From positions 145,516,001-145,580,000 of the forward strand of contig NC_058368.1 in NCBI RefSeq assembly GCF_018350175.1: a stretch of 64,000 nucleotides of DNA, given 5' to 3'. This document shows, piece after piece, positions 13,960 to 27,200 of this stretch; position 1 is the stretch's first letter; each line of letters opens with the position of its first letter. The position numbers and the translations under genes were made by a program. A model generated the notes under the pieces. That model was not told the origin of the DNA. It searched no databases and worked only from the letters and a program-made list of their open reading frames with translations. This DNA comes from Felis catus (taxonomy: Eukaryota).

Positions 13960-14200
13960 TTGGCTCTGAAGTCAGAAATAGTTGGATTCTTATTTAAGTT
14001 CTACTTATTAACATTGTGACCAAGAACAAATTGTTAGACTTTTCCCCTTCCTCATTTTCAGAATGGGAGATTATTTGTATATGGGGACCTTTATAAGGAC
14101 TACCTTGTTGGGTTGTTGTGAGAATTATGTGAATTCATGCATGTGATCTGTTTAGCATAATGTTTGGCATATAGTTGATACTAAGGGTGTGAGTTCTTAT
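13960..14200 (+). mobile_element. MIR SINE
   Basis: ggctctgaagtcaga...tgtgacc...ttcctcatt...gggttgttgtgagaatt...tggcatatag. Confidence 0.6.
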
Positions 14201-16736
14201 TACCATTAATCCATTAATACTGTGAAAAAGAAAAGTAGTGGACATAATTTCTGATTTGTGTAAAATATAGCACTGCAATAGTCAATAGGATAATTGTTGT
14301 CAAGTTTCCTACAGCAGTATATTCACAGGCACAAACTCTTAGTTTATTGAGAAAGGAGCTGCCTAGAGTACTTAGGAGTTGTATTTACTTAGTCAACTAA
14401 ATAAAGAGTTTTGTAGTTCTCATTCAAAACAGCATTCAAAGAGTTCTCCTTCCTCAGGAGAGAACTTCAGCTATTTCAGTGTGCTGTATTTTATGTGATG
14501 GGATTGACACATCATGGGAGCAGTGTCCCAAGGCTGTGAGAGCAGAAGTAGCCCATCTGGGCCTGTGAGAACTCATCTCCACAGCGCTTCTCCCTGAGCC
14601 ATGACGTGAGCAGCTTCATTCTAAAATCTGTAGTTGTTATTGGACCTGTGGCTAAGCCTACAGCTTCCTATTGAGACATAGATATATCTTAGCATACCCT
14701 ACAATACATCTAAAATTGAATACTATAGATACTGTCGTCAATTTTTTAAACCACTTGCTAGTAAAAGGAGGTGAATTGAATACATGTCTAAGTAGCTTCC
14801 TCTAATCAATATGACCCTTTCTGTCAGGCTTTCTCCCTACCCACTTGCTCATCCCCAGCCTTATTCAATTAGTCGTTAATAACCAAGAATGTAGTGGCCT
14901 GTCCCTCCAATCCTCAAACGGCAGTAAGGCAGGTTTTTCAAATTTAGATTTGTTAATATGCAGCCTGTGGGGAAGTCCATGAAAGGGCGGTCAGAACAGT
15001 ATACACCTTAGATCACAGAAGTGCTTATATAACCCATTTAAAAGGTTCCTAAAGCCTTCCTCCCCCCAACTTGATTTGCAGGTTGTCCCACAATCAAATT
15101 AATTTCAAACAGCTGATAAAGGAGAAAATATATTTAAGAGTCCTGTAAAATGATCACTTTTGATCCTTCAAAGTCCGTCTCCTACATAGAAAAGATCAAC
15201 AAAATGCACTTCTTTTCTACATTTTATTTAAATTTTTCACAGGCATGTTTGACATCAATGTTGCCACCAGGAAACGCTAAATGATCATTAGTGCTGGTCT
15301 CTTGAATATGTGGGTGATGTTTCCCCATGGACTTCGATTTAGAAGAATTAAGCTATAACTTGACGCAAATTTGACCATTGATCAAAACAGCTGTCCCTAC
15401 AGGTGTGACCTTATAGAACAATCTCAAAACAAATCTTTCTCCTACTGATGAAGCTTTAATCAAATCATGATCATTTTGTGTACTCTGATCTCCAGAAATT
15501 ATTGTGTCAGCTAATTTGTGTTTCATACTGGCTTCTGGAAATTCCCTTGTGTGAATGGGGTTATCTCAGGGCTATTCTCTGTGTATATTACAGTATTTGT
15601 GAGAATGCATGGGGGAGGAGAGGCCATATGTGGAAGAGGCCAAGTAAACAAGATAGATCTTTGGAAACTGCCACCTGACTTCAGTCAAAGTATGCCACCG
15701 TCTGGGTTTTTTTGGGTCATTGTAAGGTTTTATTTCCAAAAAGTGTTCTGGTGCTTTAAAATTTTCAAAAACATCTGAGCTAGAGGATATTTTGCATAGA
15801 TATAATTCAAACAATTGTCAAGTTAAAGCTAGGCAACTAACCTTGCCCTGTTCCTTGACAAGGTGAATTTTAGTTTTGAGACATGCCAGGTCTGTCTTTT
15901 GAGAGAGTCAAGTCAGGAATATGTAAGCCTATATTGTTTCTAGCAGGTTGCTCAGAAAATAAAAGCCTTTTCGTCTTAACTGAAATCAGTGTGGCCAGGC
16001 CTACCTTTGCATCTGCTGAAGTCATTTTGGGGAGTGATTGAATAAAAATCGTTCTTAGATTCCATAGCCTTGGATGTTACAGAGTTCATTCTATCAAACA
16101 AATGACTTCTAGCATCTAATGATATGACTCAGAAGGAAGATGATCAGAGTGTTTGAATTAATTGTCCATCCTGCCACTTCACAAGGCACAGACTTTTGGC
16201 CCCTTGGGTATGTGTGGAGCTCCCTTAGAATAATGGGAAAAAAATGTATCCAGTTAACTTTGGAAATGGAGGATCTTCAGTTTCTATAGCTGCCAGTAGT
16301 GTCTCCTTTTTTCTTTCAGCTAACTCAGCCCACGTGTACTTTAGATATGATGGCCAATCTGCAGACCAACATAGCTCAGGAAAATCACCCAGGATGCCCT
16401 TTCTTCTTGTCTTGTGCAAAGTCTGCTTTTACTTTTGTCTCATTCCTGCCTGTTTTCAAGTATTTTGTTGTGTAACTGTAATGATGACACCCTCTGGTCC
16501 CACGACTTTGGTATTTGAGAGTGATCTTCCTTTCTCTCTTCTTCTGGCCCACAAACAACAGATGTGTCAGGATCTTCCTAACCATCCCAAACTCTTTTCA
16601 ACCAGGATTGGATGAAGACTAAAGAAATCTGAAGTATAGCATAACCAACCAGTCATTCTGAGATGGGAAGTTTGTCTAAAATCACTGATGACCTTCCAGG
16701 TGATGGTTTGATAGTTTGGAAATTTTAAGGGCCCTT

Positions 16737-16972
16737 TATTTTATTTATTTATGGATTTATTTTTATCTTTTTAAAAAGAAAAAGAGAAAGAGGGGGTAGA
16801 GAGGCAGTGGGGGGAGGGGAGAGGGAGCGACAGAGGGAGGGAAGGAGGGAGAGAGAGAATCTTAAGCAGGCTCCACACCCAGATGTGGGGTTGGATCCCA
16901 CGACCCTGGGATCATGACCTGAGCTGAAATCAACAGTTGGACGTTCAACCAGCTGAGCCACCCAGGCACCCC
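16737..16972 (-). mobile_element. CanSINE (older subfamily)
   Basis: Consensus match; TSD-like cccttt/cccctt followed by attttat on both sides. Confidence 0.88.
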
Positions 16973-18015
16973 AAAGTCCCCTTATTTTATGTCTGTCTGT
17001 CTGTCTCTATAAATAAAATTATTTTTGCACCCATACCAAGTTCACATTCAGGGGCTCAGGTGATTGACCTCAGCTGAGTCTGAGTGCCCTGTGAACTCTT
17101 GCAAAGGGGTGGTGTTTAGCAGGAAATAAGGTCTGTTTCCTGATCTATGAGTGTTTTGTCCAGGTCCTGATAACTGTGTGATGTTACATGCCCTGTCCAT
17201 GGAAAAGAGAAGACTTCACTTTTTAGAGTGAAAACATGAGGGAAATTGGGAGACAGGGAAAGAATGGGCCTAGGAAAGGTTGATTAAGGGGATTCAGCTG
17301 ATAATACAGTGTATTTCCCTTGGGGTTTTCATTTAATTCACCTGCCCAATTCTAGATTTTATTCAGAGACATTCTAAGTATAATTAGACCACTTATAGGT
17401 GATCAAAATAAACCAGGTTTGCATTTAATAACCAAAATAGAAGGCTAGGATTAGGATGCACATTTTCTACATGTTTTCCATAGTTTTGACCTCAACTTTA
17501 AATTTGCTTTCAAAAGCAGAGATTCCACAACCTGATTCTGTGGTCTGAGAGGTTATTGGTCTCACTTTGCAATATTCTAAGGATGGGCAGCTATGGTATT
17601 TTAATTGAAAAAAAAAAAATCCCAGAAGAGAACAGTACTAGAATAGGTTTCTGGGATTTGGGGACTTGCTTGAAACTTTATTTAATTGCTGTTTTGCATG
17701 ACTTTTCATATTGAATGTTCCAAACACTGAGCATCCTAATTTTGTTAGTGGAAGTGTTTACTTAATATGGCAATTTACCTTAGTTTCTGGTAAGGAGCAT
17801 GATGTGCCCCAAACATTATCAGGTACGTATGCCCATTCAGGTCTCACATGGATATATTACATAGCTAATTTCCCCTAGTTTTTCTTGCATATGTTTCAAT
17901 TAAAAGCAGGCAGGTTCGTTTGATCATTTATCTCAGCCACAGAGATTTTTCAATGCTAATATTGATTTTTTTCTAAATGCTAATATTGATTTATTTTTTA
18001 GAAGTCAATTTCAGA

Positions 18016-18214
18016 GGGCCGCCTGGGTGGCTCAGTCAGCTATGTGTCTGACTCTTGATTTCAGCTCAGATCATGATTTCACGGTTTGGGTGTTTAAGCC
18101 TACATTGGCCTCTCTACTAATGGTACAGAGACTGCTTGGCATTCTCTCTCAATCTCTCTCTCTCTCTCTCTCTCTCAAAATAAATATAATAAAATATAAA
18201 TAAACTTTAAAAAA
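18016..18214 (+). mobile_element. CanSINE (older subfamily)
   Basis: gggccgcctgggtggctcagtc head, (CT)n and A tail; flanks aagtcaatttcaga / aagtcaacttcaga. Confidence 0.85.
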
Positions 18215-18494
18215 AGTCAACTTCAGAAAAAAAAATTTTAAGAAAGAACTTGGTAAAATTTTTGAAATTTTGGGTGGGAGAGATAGATAGTTTCTATTAT
18301 CATTAAAAGAAAACAAAGTGAAAATTTTCCACGTCAAACAAAAACAGTATCACCAATATTAGTTAAATAAATATTTTTCTGGAAAAATATTTACTGATTC
18401 TTCTCAAAATATGAAAACTGCATTTATTTGATGGTGAAATTTTTGTGCTTGTGAAGGATTATCTCCAACTTTCTTTTTAATAAGTAAACTTCCT

Positions 18495-18720
18495 GGGGCG
18501 CCTGGGTGGCGCAGTCGGTTAAGCGTCCGACTTCAGCCAGGTCACGATCTCGCGGTCCGTGAGTTCGAGCCCCGCGTCAGGCTCTGGGCTGATGGCTCAG
18601 AGCCTGGAGCCTGTTTCCGATTCTGTGTCTCCTCTCTCTCTGCCCCACCCCCGTTCATGCTCTGTCTCTCTCTGTCCCCCAAAAAATAAATAAACGTTGA
18701 AAAAAAAAATGAAAAAAAAA
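18495..18720 (+). mobile_element. Young felid SINEC_Fc
   Basis: CpG-rich near-consensus copy; TSD taagtaaacttcct (18481-18494) / tgagtaaacttcct (18721-18734). Confidence 0.95.
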
Positions 18721-18959
18721 TGAGTAAACTTCCTAAGTCTTAATAACTGAGTCTTAATAACTCAAGAATCTGTGACATTAAGATAAACTGAAAGAGCATA
18801 GGCTTTATAGCAAGAAAGAGTTGGACTGAAGACTGGATCTGCCCCTTACAAGCTGTATGTCTTCAGGCAAAAGTCACCCAAAAATTATTTTGCCTGGCGG
18901 TAATATCCCTACACCAACTTTCTTTTGGGCAGTATTTGTCTGATAAATCTTTTCCTACC

Positions 18960-19184
18960 TTTTTAAAAAAAATTTGTTTTTACATTTTTATTTATTTTTG
19001 AGAGACAGTGAGACAGAGCACAAGTGGGGGAGGGGCAGAGAGAGAATGAGACACAGAATCGGAAGCAGGCTCCAGGCTCTGAGCTGTCAGCACAGAGCCA
19101 GACGCGGGGCTCGAATTCACAAACTGTGAGGTCATGACCCGAGCCGAAGTCGGACACTTACCGATTGAGTCACCCAGGCACCCC
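18960..19184 (-). mobile_element. CanSINE
   Basis: Consensus match; TSD-like tcttttcctaccttttt / tctttttctaccttttt. Confidence 0.9.
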
Positions 19185-19483
19185 TCTTTTTCTACCTTTT
19201 TAATTATTCATCTTTCTCTGGTTTATTTTTTTCTAATGGGAAATTATTTTAAAATTTCATGTATAGTAAAATGGACTTTTTTTGGTGTACAGTTTTGTGA
19301 GTTTTGACAAATGCGTGGAGATGTGTATCTCTTGCTGCAATCGGAATACTTGACAGTTCCTTCTCCTGCCCCAGACTTCCAGGCACCTCTCTGTGTAGTC
19401 AACCCTTTTACCCTCCCAACCCTTGTTCTCTGTGCCTATGTTTTGCCTTTCCCAGAATGTCATTTATAGATTTATACAATATA

Positions 19484-20731
19484 CAGTAGTCCCTCTTTGT
19501 CCATAGTCTTGCTTTCTGAGGTTTCAGTTATCTCTGGTCAACTTTGTCTGGAAGCAGATGATCTTCCTTCTGACAGGTCTTCAGAAGGTCATAGTAACCT
19601 GACAGTACATCACAGTGCCCATGTCATTCACCTCAGTTCATCTCATCACATAAGCATTGTATCATCAGAAGTGTGATATTTCTATTGTTAATTTTCTGAG
19701 GAACCTCCCTAATGTTTTCATAATGGCTGTACTAATTTGCATTCCTACCACCAGTGTGCGAGGATTCCTTTTTCTCCACATCTTTGCCAACACTTGTTAT
19801 TTCTTGTCTTTTTGATTTTAGCCATTCTGACAGGTGTGAGGTGATATCTCATTGTAGTTTCAATTTGCATTTCCCTGATGATTAGTGTGGTGAGCATCTT
19901 TTCATGTGTCTGTTGACCATCTGTATGTCTTCTTTGGAAAAAAAATCTATTCAGATCCTCTCCTCACTTTTAATCATATTATTATTTTCTTAATTTTTTT
20001 AATTTTTTTATTTTGTTGGTATTAAGTTGTATAAGTTATTTGTATATTTTAGATATTAACCCCTTATAGGATACATCATTTGCAAACATCTTTGATTCAA
20101 TAGGTCACCTTTTTGTTTTGCTAATAGTTTCCTTTGCTGTGCAAAAGCTTTTTATTTTGATGTAGTCCCAATAGTTAGTTTTTGCTTTTGTTTCCCTTGC
20201 CTGAGGAGACCTATCTAGAAAGAAGTTGCTATGGCTGTGTTCCCTTCTAGAATTTTTAGTTTCAGGTCTAACATTTAGGTCTTTAATCCATTTTGGATTT
20301 GTTTTTGTGTATGGTAGTTAGAAAGTGGTCCACTTTCATCCTTTTACATGTAGCTGTCCAGTTTTCCCAGCACCTTATGATATCACTCATATGTGGAATC
20401 GAAAAAAAAAAATTGAATAAACAAACAAAAAGCAGACAGATATGTAAATAGAAAGAACAAATTGCTGGTTTCCAGAAGGGAGAAGGAGAGAGCTGATGGG
20501 CAAAATGAGTGAAGGTAAGAGGGAGATAGATACAGGTTTCCACTTACAGAACGAATAGATCACGAGAATAAAAGGTACAGCATAGGATATATAGTCAATG
20601 ACACTGTAATAGGCTTGTATGTTGATAGATGGTAGCATAGCATACTTGTGGTTAGCATGGCATACAGCATAAACCTGGCAAATGACTATGTTGTGCACCT
20701 GAAACTAATGTAATGTTGTGTGTCAACTATA

Positions 20732-20764
<33 letters not shown>

Positions 20765-21012
20765 TAAGTACAGTACAAAATTCTGCTTTGAGAGAGATCA
20801 CAATCATACTTTTTAATATTATTATTATTCCATTTTATTACTAACTATTGTTGCTAATCTCTTACTGTGCCTAATTTATAAATTAAACTTTATAATTGAT
20901 ATATATGTACAGGAAAAAATATGACATATACAGTTTGACACTATCTGTAGTTTCAGGCATCCCCTGGGGGTCTTGGAGTGTATCCCCCACAGATAAGGGA
21001 GGGGGAATACTG
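19484..21012. mobile_element. MER44/Tigger7-like TcMar DNA transposon split by an L1 insertion
   Basis: TA|cagtagtccctc...agataagggagggggaatactg|TA terminal inverted repeats with TA duplication; halves at 19484-19670 and 20763-21012. Confidence 0.8.
19671..20762. mobile_element. 5'-inverted (twin-primed) carnivore L1 insertion
   Basis: Antisense ORF2 3' segment (19671 to about 20374) joined to a sense 3'UTR (about 20375-20733) and poly(A) (20734-20762). Confidence 0.8.
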
Positions 21013-21569
21013 TACAGGGTTTTGAGTCTGGTTTCTTTCACTTAGCACAACTTTGACATTCGTTCATGTTGATGTATATATTGATCGTTTTAACTTTTTA
21101 TTGCTGAATAGTATTCCATTGTATGAAAGTACAACATTTTATTTATTAATTTACCAGCTGAGGATCGTGGGTTGTTTTACTTTTTATCATTTAAGAATAA
21201 CACTACTGTATGTCAACTATACTCCAATAATAAATTTTCTAAAAAGAATAACCCTGCTATAAACATTCATTAACATGGTTTGTTTGTTGACATAAGTTTT
21301 CATTTCTTTTGAATAAAACTTAAGAGTAGGATTACTAGTGTATATGGTGAGTGTTTACAAAAAGAAACAAAACACTAGGCTGTTTTCTGAAGTATCAGAT
21401 AGATTTTGCATTTCACTAGCAATCTGAATGTTCCACTTGTTCCACATCTTCACTTTCATTTGGCATTGTCGGTTTTAAAATTGATTTTAGCTATATCAGT
21501 TAGTGTAGAATAATATCGCAGTGTGGTTTTATTTTGCATGTACTTAATGACTAATGGTATTGAGTATCT

Positions 21570-21795
21570 TTTTGTTTTGTTTTTAATTAAAAAAAAATTT
21601 AAAGCTTATTTTGAGGGAGAAAGAGAACATGAGTGGGGAAAGAGCAGAGAGAAAAGGAGAGAGAGAATCCCAAGCAGGCTCCATGCTGTCAGTGCAGAGC
21701 CTGGAGCTTGATGTGGGGCTCGATAACCATAAGATCATGACCTGAGCCAAAATTCAGAGTCAGATGCTTAACCAGCTGAGCCACCCAGGTGCCCC
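21570..21795 (-). mobile_element. CanSINE (older subfamily)
   Basis: Consensus match; TSD ttgagtatctttttg / ttgaatatctttttg. Confidence 0.88.
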
Positions 21796-23057
21796 TTGAA
21801 TATCTTTTTGATGTGCTTGTTTGCCATTCCTGTATTTTCTTTGGTGAAATATCTTTTCAAACCTTTGCCCGTTTTTTAAGTGGATGCTTTGTATTCTCAT
21901 TATTGGTTTTTGAAAGTTCTTTATATATTCTAGATACAAGTCCTTTACCAGATATGTGATGTACAGACACTTTTCCTCAGTATGTGACTTCTCTTTTTAT
22001 TCTTTTAATAGTGTTTCTCAAAGAGCAAAAGTTTTTAAATAATAAGAAATCCAGTTTATCAAAAAATATTTTTGTACTGTACTTTTAGTATTGTATCAAA
22101 GAACTCTGCCTAGCCCAAGATCACAAAGATTCTTCCTAGATATTTTAAAGCTTTAATTTTTACACATTTATCTGTGATACATTTTCAGTTAATTTTTGTG
22201 TAAGGTATGAGTATGGGTTCAGGTTTATTTTATTTTATTTTATTTTTTGCATGTGGATGTCCAGTTCATCCAGCAAAATTTGTTAAGAGGTTATTCTTTT
22301 TTGATGGAGTTACCTTGTACCTTTGTAAAAAATCAATTGGCCATATATGAGTGGATCTATTTTTGGGCTTTCTTTTCTTTTCCATTGATCTATTTTTCTG
22401 TCCTTTCACCAATACCACACTGTCGTGCTTATTGTAGCTTTATATTAAGTCTTAAAATCAGAGTGTAAGTCTCTCAACATTGTTCTTTTTCAAAACTGTG
22501 TCAGCCATTTCTCTGCCTTTCCATATAAATTTTAGAACCAGCTTGTCAATACCCACAAAAGTTGGAATTTTAATTGGCATTCTTTTGGATCTATATAGTT
22601 CAGTTTGGGGAGAAATAGCATCTTAATGAATCTTCCAATATGTGAAAAGGTGTAACTCTCTACTTTTGTATGTCTTGTTTGCTTTCTTTCGTCAGTGTTT
22701 TTTATAGTTTTAAGCATACAGATCTTCTATATAGTTATTAAATTTTTACCTAAATGTTTCAGGTTTTGATGCTATTATAATTAGTATTTTTAAAAATTTC
22801 ATAGCTATTATAGAGAAATAGAAATACAGTTGATTTTTATACATTGGCCATATATCCTGAGACCTTGCTAAATTCACTTATTAGTTCTAGGAACTTCGTT
22901 GTAATTTTGAGCCTTTTCTGTGTTGACAATTGTGTCATCTGTGAAAAAAGACGGTTTTATTTTTTCCTTTCTAACCTGTATGCTTTTTTCTTCTTTCTCT
23001 TGCCATATTACACTGGCTAAGACTTCCAGAATAACGTTGAATAAGCGTGATGAGAGT

Positions 23058-23414
23058 TGTGGTGGCTAATTTTATATGTGAACTTGACTAGGTCATGGTA
23101 CCAGGGTATTTGTCAAACATTATTCTAGATATTCCTGTGATGATACTTTTTAGATGAGTTTCACATACAAATCAGTAGACTTTGAGTAAAGCAGGTTACT
23201 GGCCATAATGTGCATGTGCCACATTCAATCAGTTGAAGGACTTAATAGGATAAGACTGACTTTCCCAAGCAAGATGAAGTTCTGCCAACAGACTGCTTTT
23301 GAATTCTAAATGCAACTCTTCCATGGGTCTCTAAGCTGATAGTGTGCTCTGCATATTTTGGACTTGCCAAACCTGCTACAATCATGTAAGCCAATTCCTT
23401 AAAATAAATTTTTC

Positions 23415-23449
<35 letters not shown>

Positions 23450-23469
23450 GTCTGTCTTTCTATCTCAAT

Positions 23470-23500
<31 letters not shown>

Positions 23501-23541
23501 TCCTGTTGGTTCTGTTTCTCTGGAGAACCTTAATTAGTACA
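23058..23541 (+). mobile_element. MLT2-type (ERVL) solo LTR containing (TCTA)n and (CA)n
   Basis: tgtggtggctaattttatatgtgaacttgactagg...ttctgtttctctggagaaccttaattagtaca, typical MLT2 termini. Confidence 0.8.
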
Positions 23542-24084
23542 GCAGACAACACCCTTGCCTTTTCCCTGATCTTAGAAGAAAATCATTCAATATTTTTCTA
23601 TTAAATGTAATTAATTGTATTTTCTATTCAATAAAAGGTTAGCTGTGCATGCCCTTTACTAGATGCTTCTTAAGGAAATTCCCTCCTTTGTTAGCTTGAT
23701 GAGAATTTTTTAAAAATCATGAATGGATGTTTAATTTTGTCGAATGCTTTCTATGCATCTATGGAAATGGTCATAGGATTGTTCTTCTTTACTCCATTAA
23801 TATGGTGAATTACATTGATTAATTTTCAAATATTGGACCAAGTCTGCAATCCAGGGATAAATTGCACTTGGTCATGATATATTATCGTTTTAATATATTT
23901 TTGCTTTAATTTTTATATTCATTTTCATGAAGGGTATTAATCTATAGTTTTTTTCCTTGATATTTTTCTGGGAACATGAATAGTCTTGGACCTTTTTATA
24001 TAGATCTTCAATTTTTTTATATCTTTTTTCCTTCCCTTCTTCAGATTGGGTAATTTCTTTATTGGTCTATATTCAGGTTTTCTT

Positions 24085-24272
24085 TATTGAAATTTATTTA
24101 GTTTTTGTTTACTTCTTGAGAGAGAGAGAGCAGGGGAGAAGCAGAGAGAAAGGGAGAGAGAGAATCCCAAGCAGGCTCCACACTGTCAGGTAAAGCCTTA
24201 TTCAGGGCTGATTTGACCTGATTTGAAATCAAGAGTCAGATGGTTAACTGACTGAGCCATCCAGGGGCCCCT
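24085..24272 (-). mobile_element. CanSINE (older, internally deleted)
   Basis: Partial consensus; TSD ctatattcaggttttct / ctatattcaggctttct. Confidence 0.8.
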
Positions 24273-27200
24273 ATATTCAGGCTTTCTAATGTGTTCCTTT
24301 GTCTTATTCATTCTTTCAGAGAGCCCGTCCAATGAATTTCTCATTCCAAATAATTGTATTTTTTAGAGTTTCTACTTGGTTCTTTTTTTTTTATGTGTAT
24401 CTGTAGAGAACTTCTATTTTTTCATTAATTTCAAGAGTACTTAACTTTACCTCCTATAGCATGTTTATAATAACTGCTTTAATATCTTTGTCTAATAATC
24501 CAATATTTGGGACATTCTGAGATTGGCATCTATCTTTTCCCTTGAGAATTGGTCAAATTTTCCTGGCTCTTGGTTTGCCAAATGATTTTAAATTATATCC
24601 TGGTCATTTGACTATTAAGTCATGAAATTCTGGGTCCTGTTAAAATTCTGAAGACAACGTTGATTTTGTTGTTTGTGTATCTTAGCAGGCTGTCAACTCA
24701 TGAGGTTCAGACTGCACATTCTGTCTCATCTTCTGTATGTGGTGTTTCCAATGTCAGTTTAATTTTCTAAGCATTTGCTTTGTTGCTTTGCATCTCTCCT
24801 TTGCTTGCACTTCTCAGGGGTTACTCTGAGATTTGGGCAATATTTTAAATTGCAGTTCTCAGAGTTTTTGCTAGGCTGGTTTGGATCTGTCTGGACATTC
24901 ACAGCTTAGGGGTTAGCCTGGGACTTGTATCTGTTTGTATACAGAAGGAGGGGATCCATTTCTCCAGCTCTCTATGATCCAGGAGCTCTTGCATGCTCTC
25001 TGGATCTCAGAGGCTCCTTTTCCTGGTCTTCTTCCTAGAAAGACAGAGCTTCTCTTGGAGTTTTAACCTCTTGCTGTGCACATAGTTCCATGTGACTGGG
25101 ACTACCCTTGAGACAAAGCAGTGGAAGAAAAGCAAGAAGAAAAACAGACAGACAAACAAACAATTGAACGTATATTCCTCCACAGGCTTCAAATCACAGT
25201 GTGTCCTTTTTCCAGTTGCGCTGACCAGAAACGTGTTTTTTGGATTTTATTGTTTGTTTTCCTCAAAGTTTTAGGCTGCCACTGCAGTGCAGGTCCATGA
25301 CTGGGACCATCCTTGGGGCAGGACTATGAAGAAAAAAAAGAAGGAAAGAGAAAAAAAAAAGCAGAGGATCTTTCCCCATCTTCTTTAACCTTTAACTCAC
25401 AGAGACCCCTTTTCCTGGTTGTCTGACTAAACAGGGTCCGATCCCAGTGTTTTTTGTTGTCTGTGCTTCTTACTCAATTCCACAGTGGGACAACCCTTGG
25501 GACAAAGCTAGGAGATAGAAGAAGAGAAACTAGGAATCTTACTCCCACAGAAGTTTTTCTTCAAGTTTGCTACTCTTTCTAATATGCTACTATTTGTTAT
25601 GTTTTCAGAATCCTAGGATAGTTGCTTTTTAAATTTTGTTGTTTTTTTTTTTTTAGTTTTAATTGATGAGAGACATAGCCTTAGTGGGCTTACTTCATGT
25701 TGGCTGGCACCAAAACTAGAGTGTTCGTGTGTTTAAGTACCTTATGTGTGTTTTCCAATATTACTGTACTTTAAAAGTCTAGTCCATAATTTTTGTCTTT
25801 AAACCAGAGAGTTTAATCTGTTTACTTTTATTTTGATGACTGAGACATTTCCATTTTTTCCTACATTGTTTTTGTGCCTGTTTGTCTTACCTTTTTGTTT
25901 CTTCCTGTAGTATTCTTGTACATCTTAAGGAATGATATAACTTCTATGAGACTCTTCTTTAAATCTCTAAAATGGAGATAAAGGAATCTAACTAGAGTGT
26001 TACTATAAAGATTAATAAGATAAGATATTTAACATAATTAGCACATTCCCAGATACAGTTAATTTAATACTATTCATTGACTACCTAGTATGTGTTCCAT
26101 AACAGAACAGATGTAAATTACTGCTCTAATGGAGTTTACATTGTACTGGGCAAGATACTAATAAGCTAAATAAATAAGTAAACTACATAGTCTGCTATGG
26201 GAAAAATAAAGCAGGGAATGGGCTAGGTAGAACAGTCATAGGGTAGAGGTAGCAGTTGTAAACTGGAGAGTTTTTTTCTGCATGAGAACTACTACGGCTT
26301 TATTCTTTGTTTCCTTTGTTTAGCACTTTATATATCATTTTGAAAAGCAAGTTAATTTCTCATATTTTATTTTTTTTCTTATTCATTGATTCAACAAATG
26401 TGGGCCAGACTTGCCTTAGACTCTGGGGTATAGTGGAGAATAAAAACAGGTGTGGCATCCCTATGAAGTCTTTAGGGCTATTTCTACCTTATTTCCATAT
26501 TATTGAAGTCCATGATACCAATTTGTTTATCTCTTTCACAAATATTTCTTGACTTTTACACTGAACCACACACTACAGTAATTGATAGGTTAGCAAGATA
26601 GACATGGTCTCTCTTCTTATGAATCTTACAATTTAATGAGAAGACAAATGTTTAAATAAGCAGTTACCTACTCTGGCTCTTATAAGAAGATGATTGTAAG
26701 GAACAGGACTGGAGGAAGAAGGCCAATTAGGAGCAAGAAGAAGTAACCTGAGCAAAATGTGACGATGGCCTAGATTGGGGTAGAGGCATGTGGAAATAAA
26801 GGATGATACGAGAGAGAGAGAGAAACTATATTTTAGGAGGTAGATTTACAGTGCTGGGGAACATGGGTGATGGATGACACCACTCACAAAGGAGGGATGG
26901 GTTGAGTTCAGTTTTCAAGATCCTAAGTTTAGAGAGCAGAGAATGCAAGACATCCAAGTGTCATGTCTCTGAACCTCATGAGACATGCCAGAAATAGAAA
27001 CATGGATTTGAAAGTTATCAGCAGTAAATAGTAACTGAAGCCATGGGAGTAGATGAGGTCATCCAAGCATATATAAAAAGGAAAGAGAAAATGGCCTAAA
27101 AGAGGATTTTGAAGCATTCCATCATTTAAGAGGGGAGAAGAACACTGTCTATTGAAAGCACTAAGAAAGGGGATCCAGAAGTATAGGAGGAAACTCAGGA

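Larger units (their letters stand above)
19240..25700 (-). mobile_element. Old L1M element (fragmented) hosting later insertions: MER44, L1, SINEs, MLT2
   Basis: Continuous antisense L1 3'UTR/ORF2-type text (e.g. tattccattgtatg...; ttctttatatattctagatacaagtcctttaccagatat; gaattacattgatt) resumes on both sides of each insertion. Boundaries approximate. Confidence 0.7.

Noticed and set aside
18495..18570. tRNA-like A/B box sequence
   Set aside because: Head of a tRNA-derived SINE, not a tRNA gene.
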